A DNA stretch of 64,000 nt from Candidatus Marinacidobacterales bacterium (lineage in GTDB: Bacteria; Acidobacteriota; Vicinamibacteria; Marinacidobacterales; SMYC01), in contig CBDCYI010000004.1 in NCBI GenBank assembly GCA_965224085.1, positions 32,001 to 96,000 of the forward strand. Direction: 5' to 3'. Shown in pieces: positions 31,842 to 41,543 of this stretch (its first letter is position 1; every line of letters starts with the position of its first letter). The notes under the pieces were generated by a model that worked only from the letters and a program-made list of their open reading frames with translations, was not told where the DNA came from and did not search any database. The position numbers and the translations under genes were made by a program.

Positions 31842-31935
31842 TGTGACCCGCAAAAAAGAAAACCGGCCAGAAGCGGCCGACCATGGCAGGTCTAAAACGC
31901 GCAATCAACGCCGGATCGACTTCTTGCGGAGCACA
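31842..31935 (+). repeat. MITE family A, full 94-bp copy
   Basis: As 18286-18379. Confidence 0.9.
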
Positions 31936-32105
31936 CCGACCCCACCGTCCACGCCGCGTCAACTGCTCGCTTGTAACGTTGCCAGTAGATCAAGTTTCGG
32001 CACAGGACGCCACCATCTTGGGCGTTGGTCAGCCGAGTTTTAATTAACTTGACAACACCTGCGAGAAGACTTTCCGGCCCCGATGACGCCTGCGTCAGAG
32101 AGACT

Positions 32106-32420
32106 TCAGTCTCTCGCTACCGCGAACAGACTCTTAACCGCTACGACCAACGTGCCCACCATGAAGATCACGAGATTCGCGATGATCCGGGTCACCAGCT
32201 CTCCGATGTAGGGGATCGCTCCGACGGCGTTTGCCGCTACGATCAACGCTATCGCTGCTAAGAGGAAAGTCTGCCTCTCCTTGTCACTGATATTCAAGAA
32301 TCCGACGATCAGGCCGAGCACTGCGAGTACCCAGCCAAACCAGGCCTGTTCAAAGCCTAAGCCTCCGGCCACAGCTATCACTAGTCCAACGATAAAAGCG
32401 CCCTTGCCCACTAGCACCAT
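32106..32420 (-). CDS. Small membrane protein
   Basis: GGAGGGAG RBS; four TM segments; GFLNISDKE. Confidence 0.75.
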   Translation of the reverse strand: MVLVGKGAFIVGLVIAVAGGLGFEQAWFGWVLAVLGLIVGFLNISDKERQTFLLAAIALIVAANAVGAIPYIGELVTRIIANLVIFMVGTLVVAVKSLFAVARD

Positions 32421-32869
32421 TTGCTCCCTCCTTACCTAGGAAACGGAATTGCAGGTAGTGGGGTCTTTTGAAATTTCGATGCTCGATTCCACGCGCCACT
32501 GACCTGACCCCACGGTTAGTGCCACGTTGTATCTCATTAATTCGGTGCTGACAAGGGCTGGTTGAAGGCGTCGGAGCGGAGCGCAGCCGGCCTCCACCAA
32601 ATAGCTTCCGGCGGCGGAAACACCAACTGCGCGCCCCGTCCTGTGCCAAAACTCGGCCCTTTTGGAGTATTTTGACCAGACGCGTTCAAGTTCTTGGACA
32701 CGACGGGGTGGCTCATCAGGTCGTGTAGTTGGACTTGCGAAGTTCTAACCGGGCCCAGAGGAAACCACGACCAAGACTCATAACGACTTGGCCGAGCACC
32801 TTTCCGATGAGGACGAAGAAGTGGAGCAACTTCGGAGGGTCGCGTGTGAGCGAACCGAGGCGTCGGCCG

Positions 32870-33932
32870 TCAGATGGTGATGCCGTGGTCACCCGGTGCG
32901 CGGCCGGTGCGGAACGCGTGATAAGCGAGCGCGCAGGCAACAACCGTGTCCGGCGGGTGATCGTTGCCAAAGAGAGCATCCACGCTGCAGTACTTGTGCT
33001 CGCGGTAGAACGGTTCGAGCCGCGGCATCTTGAGCTCATGCCGTTCGAGCGCCGCGATGTAACTGATAAAAAGGTCCCGGCGTTGACGCCCCGTCATTTG
33101 AAAATCGATGACTTCGCGTGCCGTTACGTACTCGGCGACCACGGACCCACCGCCGGTGGCATCGTGAGCGACCGGCCCCGGGTAGCGAACCGCGGCGCTA
33201 TTCAGCAAGTCGATCATGACAGGCCATGGACGCCGGTGAGTGCGAACGGCGGCCACTAGCTGGAGCGGGGTCACGTCACACTTTAGGGTTACCACCACCG
33301 TGAAGTCGACCGCTTGCGCCCAGTCGGCACCGTGGGCGTATCGGCCGGGGCGAGGCTGCTTCCCCGGTCCGTCGTGCACGACCTCCCACCGGGTCGATGA
33401 TAGACTGCACGTGCCCGGGCAAGATTTCCATGGCGTGGCAGACGCGTCCGAGTCGTTCCGCAGCAATTACCGCGGTGCCGCTGCCAGCAAATGGGTCGTA
33501 CATCGCCTCGCCAGGCTCGGTATGGTTCAACAGCGGTGTCTCGAAGAGGGCTACCGGTTTTTGGGTCGCGTGTCCCGTCGGCGCGTTCGCCGCCGCCGCG
33601 TCACCGCGGAAAGGGTTATTGTTTGGCACCGACCAGATCGTCGTCTGTGTGCGGTCGCCCTTCCACCGGGACGCGCGACCCGTCCGCACCGCATACCAAC
33701 AGGCCTCATGCTGCCAATGATAATCGCCACGGCTCAACGCGGTCGCGACCACCCCGCCGTAAAGGCTCGCGTGCCAGCAATACGCAACATTCCCCGGAAA
33801 CAGCTGGAACGCCGCCGTCCAGTCGACACGGTCATCATTGGCCACGGGACCCACCGCATGTGCCCTGCCGCCATCGACCCTCGCCCGCCAGCTCGGATCG
33901 TATTCCACGCCGTAGGGCGGATCGGTAGCCAT
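32870..33932 (-). pseudogene. Phage relic: N4/N6 DNA methylase fragment joined to terminase-large-like fragment
   Basis: TDPPYG, HATQKPV, YDPFAGSGT; then GADWAQAVDFTV..HDATGGG..HPPDTVVA. Confidence 0.65.
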
Positions 33933-34078
33933 GAGTTCGGGCCTCGACCCAACGTCACCGGTGCTAAGACTACTCGACTTGGTGCGTGAACCCTATGGCG
34001 GCCCTTACGAAAAGCGTGCCGTTAGCACTAGAGTGAACAGCGTTCGGAACGACGACCCGGACATTCTTGCTCCTAGGT

Positions 34079-35166
34079 GGCGTTGTTGCACCGCTCTTGG
34101 CTGAGCGCGAAATCTACCCTATGGTGGTGGCCGAGGTAATGTTCGACCATGAAGTATCCCAAGCGCAGCCAGTACAAACACGCGAAGCAGAAGAAGTACC
34201 ACGTTTCCAACTGGGCGGAATACAACGAAGGGCTGCGCCGCCGGGGCGATTTGACGGTCTGGTTTGACGAGGAGGCAATCGCGAACTGGAAGGCCGACAA
34301 GAGCGGTAAGCCTGGCGGTCAACGGGTCTATTCAGAGATGGCGATTGAAACGGGCCTGGTTGTCCGGATGGTGTACAAGCTTGCCTACCGCCAAACCGAA
34401 GGCTTCTTGCACTCGATCGCCTCGCTTCTCCGGCTGTGTATCGAGATCCCGGACTACTCGACGTTGTGTCGGCGGTCGAGGCTGCTCCGCAAGAAGCTGC
34501 GGATTCGGAAAGCCGCAAGCAATCAACCAATCCACCTGATGATCGATAGCACGGGCTTGAGGATTCATGTTGGAACCACCCGCAAACCGCCAAAGCAGCG
34601 CGCCTGGCGCAAGTTGCACATCGCCGTTGATCGCAAGACCGGCAACATTGTTGCGTCCGAACTGACGGTGTCACGAGCTCGCGACGCAACGCGAGTCCCC
34701 CCTTTGCTAACACAGATTCAAGCACCTATAGCGTCGGTGGCGGCGGACAGTGCATACGACAAGGAAGCGGTCTACGAAGCCATCGAAGCGCACAGCCCTG
34801 GACGAAGGACGCGCGTGGTGATTCCGCCGCAACGAAACGCCACGCTCAGTCAGAATTCGAACACCGCCATGCGGGAACGCGACCGCCATATTCGTGCCAT
34901 CGAAAGACACGGCCGACGTGAATGGTACAAGCTCTCAGGCTGCACCGAGCGAAGCATGGTGGAGAACGCGGTCTATCGTTACAAGGCGATCATGGGGCCC
35001 GAGATGCGGGCTCGAACGTTGGCGAGGCAACGAGTTGAACACCGAATTGGGTGCGAGATACTCAACAAGATGACCGCGCTCGGTATGCCCGATACTTACT
35101 GCGCCGGGTGACTCTCCGACCGGCACAGGGAGGTCAGCGATTTGCTCCGGGCCGTGCAACAACGCC
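34079..35166 (+). mobile_element. IS5-family (IS903-like) element
   Basis: TIR GGCGTTGTTGCAC at both ends; no TSD visible. Confidence 0.9.
34149..35111 (+). CDS. IS5-family transposase
   Basis: NWAEYNEGLRRRG, PDYSTL, IDSTGL, WRKLH, ADSAYD. Confidence 0.92.
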   Translation: MKYPKRSQYKHAKQKKYHVSNWAEYNEGLRRRGDLTVWFDEEAIANWKADKSGKPGGQRVYSEMAIETGLVVRMVYKLAYRQTEGFLHSIASLLRLCIEIPDYSTLCRRSRLLRKKLRIRKAASNQPIHLMIDSTGLRIHVGTTRKPPKQRAWRKLHIAVDRKTGNIVASELTVSRARDATRVPPLLTQIQAPIASVAADSAYDKEAVYEAIEAHSPGRRTRVVIPPQRNATLSQNSNTAMRERDRHIRAIERHGRREWYKLSGCTERSMVENAVYRYKAIMGPEMRARTLARQRVEHRIGCEILNKMTALGMPDTYCAG

Positions 35167-35224
35167 TACAAATTGTGCGGTTTAATTGGGATGGAGGCGC
35201 AGGCGATTGGGGTTAGTAGCTGAA

Positions 35225-35485
35225 CTACTTTTTCCAGCGGGATTGAGCCGCTTTACGGGCAATCTCTGACCGACGCTTAGGGGTTAGTTTCTTTGACCTA
35301 GCTGGCCCGCCAACGCGGCCAGCCTTGCGCGCTCGTTCAATAAGCCTCTCGTTCTTTTCGGCGGATTCGAGTGGCGTCCCGTCGAGGTGTTCGCCGATGG
35401 CTTGCTCTAGAATTGAGCGGGCCTTCACGGTGAAGTCGTGATCCTTCGATGTGCCTTCCCGTTTCTTCGCTATTCCGCCTGGCAT
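35225..35485 (-). CDS. Small protein with basic C-terminus (IS-associated type)
   Basis: GGPARSKKLTPKRRSEIARKAAQSRW. Confidence 0.7.
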   Translation of the reverse strand: MPGGIAKKREGTSKDHDFTVKARSILEQAIGEHLDGTPLESAEKNERLIERARKAGRVGGPARSKKLTPKRRSEIARKAAQSRWKK

Positions 35486-35569
35486 CGTCTACCCATGCTG
35501 ACAGAGGCGTACGCAGCAATCAATACCTCATGATTTCAAAAGACCCCACTACCCTGAATGCTGGCTACT

Positions 35570-36616
35570 TCAATGCTTCCATGATCTCGAGAAGCACGCT
35601 TTGCGGAGGACGGATTCTGTCGAGCCGCAAGGTGGCGAGCGGCTCGTCGACAGGTTCAAAAGCTCGATGAGGTTTTGCTTTTTAGTATCGACATAGATGA
35701 GCCCGGTGAGGAATTGCTGCTTTTCACCAGAATCCAGGAGCAGCTCGAGCGCGGTCCGGCGATCGGTCGGATCGTAGTCGCGCTCGATCTTCTTAAGAAT
35801 GATGTGCGAGCCGTCATGGAGCTCCACATCGGCCCTCTCACCTTCTTCATATTCAATATCGATGTCCTCGAAGAACGGCACGAAGTCGACTTCCTGAATG
35901 AGCTCCTCGTTCTCTTTCCCCCACGTGTAGCTCTTGGTCGAACCCGCGTGGTTGTTGAATGTTACGCAAGGGCTGATGATGTCGAGAACCGCCGTGCCAT
36001 TATGCCCAAAGGCTCCCTTCAGGAGGGCTACGACCTGCTTCGGGTCACCGGCGAATGACCGGGCGACGTAAGTCGCGCCGAGCTCGACGGCCAGACCGCA
36101 CAGATCGATTGCTGGCAGGTCGTTCACGACGCCCGTCTTGAGCTTCGACCCAAGATCCGCGGTCGCGGAGAACTGGCCTTTGGTGAGCCCGTAGACGCCG
36201 TTGTTCTCGACGATGTAAACGATCGGGAGGTTCCGGCGCAAGAGATGGACGAACTGACCGATCCCAATCGACGCCGTGTCGCCATCGCCGGAGACGCCGA
36301 CGGCGACGAGGTCGCGGTTCGCGAGAACACTACCGGTGGCAACGGACGGCATGCGGCCGTGCACGGCGTTGAAGCCATGGCTTTGGCTCAGCCAATAAGC
36401 AGGTGTTTTCGAAGAGCAGCCGATGCCCGAGAGCTTCGCCACCCGATGTGGCTCGATGCCATATTCGTAGAACGCTTTGACGAGCTGGCTGCTGATCGAG
36501 TCGTGCCCGCAGCCTTTGCACAACGTGGACGGCTTTCCTTTGTAGTCCGCTTGCGCGAGCCCCAAGCGGTTGACCTTCTTCTTCAATGCAGCCGCAGGTT
36601 GTGCCGTAGTTGCCAT
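35570..36616 (-). CDS. 2-oxoacid:ferredoxin oxidoreductase beta subunit (probable frameshift near 3' end)
   Basis: CKGCG, SGIGCS, HGR, GDGD..NNGVYGLTKGQ, SPCVTFN. Confidence 0.93.
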   Translation of the reverse strand: MATTAQPAAALKKKVNRLGLAQADYKGKPSTLCKGCGHDSISSQLVKAFYEYGIEPHRVAKLSGIGCSSKTPAYWLSQSHGFNAVHGRMPSVATGSVLANRDLVAVGVSGDGDTASIGIGQFVHLLRRNLPIVYIVENNGVYGLTKGQFSATADLGSKLKTGVVNDLPAIDLCGLAVELGATYVARSFAGDPKQVVALLKGAFGHNGTAVLDIISPCVTFNNHAGSTKSYTWGKENEELIQEVDFVPFFEDIDIEYEEGERADVELHDGSHIILKKIERDYDPTDRRTALELLLDSGEKQQFLTGLIYVDTKKQNLIELLNLSTSRSPPCGSTESVLRKACFSRSWKH

Positions 36617-36647
36617 GGTCTTATCTCCCAATCTCGTTGCGCCAGCG

Positions 36648-38501
36648 TCAGGCCGAGGGACGTTCCGACTCCTTCGCGAGGAGTTTTTCGGTCACCGATC
36701 GCGCGTCGATCGGGTGTCCGTCATAATTCAAAATACTGCAGAGCTTTTTGAGAAGCTCCGGGCGGTGGGCAAGCTCGAGCTTGATGAGCTGCATTACCTG
36801 AGCGTCATGGTTCTGCTCCACGACGTAGACCCGCTCGTTTTGATCGACAAAGGGCTCGAGCTCTTCGTTGAACGGAAGTGCGCGAACGCGCATGTAGCTC
36901 GCCCTAAGATCGCTCTCGTTTTTCAACTGATCGCGGGACTCAACGATCGCCCAATGCGTCGAGCCGTAAGCGATGATCCCGATCTCGGCGCCATCAACGG
37001 CATCGATCACCGGGGCAGGCACGTGCTTGCGTGCCGTATCGAACTTGCGCTGCAGACGGTCCATCAACTTTAGATAGTCGTCGGGGCGCTCCGTATATTC
37101 CGCGTAGGCGTTGTGACCGCTTCCGCGGGTGAAGTAAGCCGCGCGAGCGTGTTTGGTTCCGGGAAGCGTGCGATAGGGGACGCCATCGCCGTCCACATCC
37201 TTGTAACGGCCCCAGTCGCTTACCTTCTCGAGCTCCTCCGCATCGAGCACCTTGCCTCGGTCGATCGGCTGTTCCGGATAGGCGAACGGGTCGGACATCC
37301 AGATATTCATGCCCAGATCCAGGTCGGACATGACGAAAACCGGGGTCTGGAACCGCTCCGCTAAATCGAAGGACGTGCCGCCGAACTCAAAACATTCCTG
37401 AACCAAGGAAGGGAACAGCAAGATGTGTTTGGTGTCGCCGTGGGAAAGCAAGTACGTGCTGAGAATGTCGCCCTGCGCTGTACGCGTCGGAAGTCCTGTG
37501 GATGGTCCCACGCGTTGGATGTTCCAAATGACGGCCGGGATCTCGGCGAAGTATCCGAGCCCGACGAATTCCGACATGAGCGAGATGCCGGGTCCGCTCG
37601 AAGAGGTCAGCGAGCGCGCTCCCGCCCAGGCGGCGCCGAGCACCATCCCGATCGCAGCGAGCTCGTCCTCGGCTTGAACGACCGCGAAAGTAGCCTTTCC
37701 CGTCTCTTTGTCGATACGATGCTCCTTCATGTAGTGAATGAGAGATTCGACGAGACTCGAAGACGGCGTGATGGGATACCACGTCACGACGGTGACGCCG
37801 CCAAACATCGCTCCGAGGGCGCCGGCGGCATTCCCGTCGATGAGAATCTTGCCCGCGGTCTCGTCCATCCGCTCGACGCGCAACGCATCCGCCTTCTTCA
37901 AGTTCTTCTCGGCATATTCGAAGCCGACATCGATCGCTTTGACGTTGAGCTCAACCGCCTTGGCTTTCGCTTTGAACTGCTTCGAGATCGCATGTTGAAT
38001 CTCCTCGCGTTCGATCGAGAGCAGATGACCGACGACACCCACATAGATCATGTTCGCGAGCAGTTTCCGGAGCCGCGGCTCGTGGATCACGTCTTTGGCG
38101 AGCTCGCCGAAGGGCACCGGGTAGAAGATCAAATCGTCCCTCACGTTGTCGAGCCCGAGACTCTGCTCATAAACAACGGTGGCACCGGGATTCAGCGACT
38201 GCACGTCCTCGCGCGCGGTTTGCGGGTTCATCGCGATCAGCATATCGACATCGCGTTTTCTCGCGACGTAGCTGTGCTTGCTCGCGCGGATGGTGAACCA
38301 CGTCGGAAGGCCTTGAATGTTCGAAGGGAACAGATTCTTACCGCTGACGGGAATACCCATCTGGAAAATGGCGCGCATCAAAACACTGTTCGAAGATTGG
38401 CTCCCCGATCCGTTGATGGTGGCGATTTGGATCGAAAAGTCGTTGACGATGCTCGATTGGACGTCGGGCTCCGACTTGCCTACGACGGTCTCGGTTGACA
38501 T
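36648..38501 (-). CDS. 2-oxoacid:acceptor oxidoreductase alpha subunit
   Basis: YPITPSS, QAEDELAA, SSGPG, QRVGPSTGLPT. Confidence 0.95.
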   Translation of the reverse strand: MSTETVVGKSEPDVQSSIVNDFSIQIATINGSGSQSSNSVLMRAIFQMGIPVSGKNLFPSNIQGLPTWFTIRASKHSYVARKRDVDMLIAMNPQTAREDVQSLNPGATVVYEQSLGLDNVRDDLIFYPVPFGELAKDVIHEPRLRKLLANMIYVGVVGHLLSIEREEIQHAISKQFKAKAKAVELNVKAIDVGFEYAEKNLKKADALRVERMDETAGKILIDGNAAGALGAMFGGVTVVTWYPITPSSSLVESLIHYMKEHRIDKETGKATFAVVQAEDELAAIGMVLGAAWAGARSLTSSSGPGISLMSEFVGLGYFAEIPAVIWNIQRVGPSTGLPTRTAQGDILSTYLLSHGDTKHILLFPSLVQECFEFGGTSFDLAERFQTPVFVMSDLDLGMNIWMSDPFAYPEQPIDRGKVLDAEELEKVSDWGRYKDVDGDGVPYRTLPGTKHARAAYFTRGSGHNAYAEYTERPDDYLKLMDRLQRKFDTARKHVPAPVIDAVDGAEIGIIAYGSTHWAIVESRDQLKNESDLRASYMRVRALPFNEELEPFVDQNERVYVVEQNHDAQVMQLIKLELAHRPELLKKLCSILNYDGHPIDARSVTEKLLAKESERPSA

Positions 38502-38624
38502 GTAATCTCCAATTGGCAGAGCTTTTTGCGGCTCAACGTGGTCGACGTTCTATTGGCGATCATAGCAAATAGGAACTTGTGAACGTAAGCGTTCAGAGGA
38601 CAAAAATTTAACTTTTTCCACGGT

Positions 38625-40019
38625 TTACGGCTTTCCAAGGACCACCTCCGCGCGCTTGCGGCGAAACCCGTAGCGGGCGATTTTGTAGTGCAGCGCCCGA
38701 GGACTGATGCCGAGAATACTCGCGGCCTTTTGCCGGTGATCGGTGAGCTCTTCGAGCGTACGCCGGATCACGATCTCTTCGACTTTGCGCAGCGGCGTCC
38801 CGAGCTGAATGAAAATCTGCCGTCCTGCACCGCCCTCGTGCACCATTTCCGGAGGCAGGTGCTCCGGGCGGATCGTGCCCGCATATACCGTGACGGTGAG
38901 CCTCTCGATGACGTTCCGGAGCTCCCGGATGTTGCCGGGCCAGTCGTAGTGCGACAGCGCTTCCATCGCGTCCCGCGAGAACCGTTTCGCGGGCTTGCCG
39001 CTCATGCGCGCGAATTCCTGTAGAAAGGCATCGACGAGGAGGGGGATGTCCTCCCTCCGCTCGCGCAAAGACGGCAGATGGATGGGCACGACTGCGAGTC
39101 GATAGTAGAGGTCCTGGCGGAACCGGCCAGCTCCGACCTCCTGCAACAGGTCCTTATTGGTGGCCGCGATGATGCGCACGTCGACGCGGACGAGCTTGTC
39201 TCCGCCGAGCCGTCGGAACTCTCGCTCCTGGAGCACTCTCAGGAACTCGACCTGGGTCTTTGCGCTCATCTCGCCCACCTCGTCGAGGAACAGCGTCCCG
39301 CCATCGGCAAGCTCGAACCTTCCCGGCTTGGCGTCGATGGCGCCGGTAAAAGCGCCCCGCTCGAACCCGAAGAGCTCGCTCTCGAGGAGCCCCTCGGGAA
39401 GGGCGCCACAATTGATCGACACGAACGGATGGTCCTTCCTCCGGCTTCGTTTGTGGATGGCCTTCGCGACGAGCTCTTTCCCCGTGCCGCTGTTCCCCGT
39501 CAAGAGCGCGGTGGCGGACGTATCGGCGACTTGACTCGCGATTTCGTAGACTTCTGTGATGAGGCGGCTCTTACCGACCACGTTCCCGTATTCGTCTTTG
39601 AGCGAGAGCCGTTGGCGCAGCGAACGGTTTTCTTCCGAGAGACGGCGTCTTTCAAGGGCCTTATGCACAAGCACGGGGAGCCGGTTCGGGTCGAGCGGTT
39701 TGACCAAGTAGTCGAAAGCGCCTTCTCGCATCGCCGAAACGGCCGCCTCCACGGAGCCTTCGCCCGCCTGGGTCGTCAGAATGAACTCCGTCTCGGGCGC
39801 GGATTGTTTCACGCGGGACAAGTGGCGAGACCATTCGCCTTGGAGCAAGTCCATGTCCAAGATGATGAGGCCGTAGCGAGAAAGCACCGGCTTGCGCAAG
39901 TCTGCGGCGATTTCAACGCTCAACCCGCAGACTTCTAGCCATTCCGCCGCGCGCCTGCCGTCTGCCTCGACGGAGTCGAGAACGAGGACGCGATCGGAAG
40001 CGGGGTCTCGAATGGTCAC
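38625..40019 (-). CDS. Sigma54-dependent NtrC-family response regulator
   Basis: REC, GTGKE, ESELFG, GAFTGA, WPGNIREL, Fis HTH. Confidence 0.95.
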   Translation of the reverse strand: MTIRDPASDRVLVLDSVEADGRRAAEWLEVCGLSVEIAADLRKPVLSRYGLIILDMDLLQGEWSRHLSRVKQSAPETEFILTTQAGEGSVEAAVSAMREGAFDYLVKPLDPNRLPVLVHKALERRRLSEENRSLRQRLSLKDEYGNVVGKSRLITEVYEIASQVADTSATALLTGNSGTGKELVAKAIHKRSRRKDHPFVSINCGALPEGLLESELFGFERGAFTGAIDAKPGRFELADGGTLFLDEVGEMSAKTQVEFLRVLQEREFRRLGGDKLVRVDVRIIAATNKDLLQEVGAGRFRQDLYYRLAVVPIHLPSLRERREDIPLLVDAFLQEFARMSGKPAKRFSRDAMEALSHYDWPGNIRELRNVIERLTVTVYAGTIRPEHLPPEMVHEGGAGRQIFIQLGTPLRKVEEIVIRRTLEELTDHRQKAASILGISPRALHYKIARYGFRRKRAEVVLGKP

Positions 40020-40033
40020 GGTGCTACCGCACG

Positions 40034-40297
40034 TTAAAAACCCAGAAAACGGTGAAGGCGAAGTCCGATGAGAAGCCGCTTGGCCTCAGGCAACGATGGC
40101 GACGTCGCGACGAGCCGCTCCGCCTCTTCGAAGGCCTCCCGATAACGCCCGGCGCGGCCGAGATGGGATGCGAGAGAGTGCCGAAGACGGACGTTAGCAG
40201 GCTCTTCTCGGAGTCGTCGTTGCATGAACGCAATGAGATTACCGAAGGGTGAACGGGGCTGTCTGCGCTTCAGGATGTTTCGCCAAGATGAATGCAT
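40034..40297 (-). CDS. Small TPR-like protein
   Basis: EEPANVRLRHSLASHLGRAGRYREA pattern; lies between sigma54 promoter and regulator. Confidence 0.55.
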   Translation of the reverse strand: MHSSWRNILKRRQPRSPFGNLIAFMQRRLREEPANVRLRHSLASHLGRAGRYREAFEEAERLVATSPSLPEAKRLLIGLRLHRFLGF

Positions 40298-40333
40298 GTT
40301 TTCAGTCCTTCCCAAGTATCGTGCGCAAAAGAA

Positions 40334-40349
40334 AGCAACTGCCGTGCCA
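40334..40349 (-). promoter_or_regulatory. Sigma54 -24/-12 promoter
   Basis: TGGCACG-GCAG-TTGCT consensus match; palindrome TTGCAAATATGCAA at 40427-40440 as candidate enhancer. Confidence 0.8.
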
Positions 40350-40644
40350 GATGTACACTAAAGAGACAAGCCTATTGTTTGCATCGTTTAGAAAATCCCA
40401 CTCTAGACCCAATAAGGGGGCAATATTTGCAAATATGCAATAGTTGCACATACAAATCACTCTATATCAATGGCTCCCTGGCATCAAGATCGCGGAAGAC
40501 ACCGCAAAATCGAATATAAGCTGATTCATTTCAATGATTACATACTACGCATTTTTTTCGCATCACCGACCTAACGTATACGCACTTATTGCAGATTTGA
40601 AGCACTCCCAGCTCCGAATAGCGTGGAGTAAATTTGGGCGCGTC

Positions 40645-40674
40645 TTGACAGGCTGGCGATAGCGCCTCTACACT
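40645..40674 (+). promoter_or_regulatory. Sigma70-type promoter for ku
   Basis: TTGACA-N18-TACACT. Confidence 0.6.
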
Positions 40675-40695
40675 CGACTTTCGGAGGAACGCGAC

Positions 40696-41511
40696 ATGAG
40701 ACCAACGTGGAAGGGCTTTCTCAAGCTTTCGCTGGTGAACATACCCGTCCGTCTTTATCCGGCCGCCCGTTCCCAATCTCTTTCTTTCAACCAGATCCAT
40801 AAGGAGTGCAACAGTCGCATCAAGTTAGACAAGCGCTGTCCCAATTGTGAGCGCAGCGTCTCGAACGACGAGCTGGTGAAGGGCTACCAATACGCGAAAG
40901 AGCAGTACGTCATCATGGACGAGGAGGACTTCACCAAGGTCCGACTCGAAACGACGAAGTCGATCAATATCGTCCAATTCGTCGAGCGTGGTGAAATCGA
41001 TCCGCTCTACTACCACGGCTCGCACTACATCGTGCCCGACGGGCCTGTCGCGGTGGAGAGCTTCGCCACCATTCGGCAAGCCGCGGAAGACAAAGAGCGG
41101 ATCGGGCTCGCCCGCGTCGTGATGAACGGAAAAGAGCAGGTCGCCGCGATCCGCCCGCGGGAGCGAGCGTTCGTCATGTCGGCGCTTTATTACGCCAATG
41201 AAGTGCGAGCCCTTTCCGGTATCGAAGAGCTCGAAGCAACACCCGAGCTCAATCCCGAAGAGCTGCAGCTCGCCTCTCAGCTGATCGACTCCATCACCAC
41301 GGCTTTCGAGCCCCAGGAGTTCGAAGACAACTACCGCAAGAAGCTTCTCGAGATCATTAAAGCCAAAGCCGAGGGTAAAGAGATCGTGGCGCCTCCCGAG
41401 GTCGAGACTGGAAAAGTCATCAATCTCATGGACGCGTTGAAAACGAGCCTGGAGCAAAGCCACCTCGCGCCACCCGAGGCCGGCGAGATCGCAAAGGCCG
41501 CGGGCGAGTAA
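40696..41511 (+). CDS. ku: NHEJ Ku protein
   Basis: WKGFLKLSLVNIPVRLY, VKGYQY, VINLMDALK. Confidence 0.95.
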   Translation: MRPTWKGFLKLSLVNIPVRLYPAARSQSLSFNQIHKECNSRIKLDKRCPNCERSVSNDELVKGYQYAKEQYVIMDEEDFTKVRLETTKSINIVQFVERGEIDPLYYHGSHYIVPDGPVAVESFATIRQAAEDKERIGLARVVMNGKEQVAAIRPRERAFVMSALYYANEVRALSGIEELEATPELNPEELQLASQLIDSITTAFEPQEFEDNYRKKLLEIIKAKAEGKEIVAPPEVETGKVINLMDALKTSLEQSHLAPPEAGEIAKAAGE

Positions 41512-41543
41512 GCGCGACGCCGAGCCATTCTGGCCATTCAAGA

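Larger units (their letters stand above)
32454..35553. repeat. Perfect 21-bp inverted repeat pair GGTAGTGGGGTCTTTTGAAAT (32454-32474, 35533-35553)
   Basis: Exact reverse complements. Confidence 0.9.
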
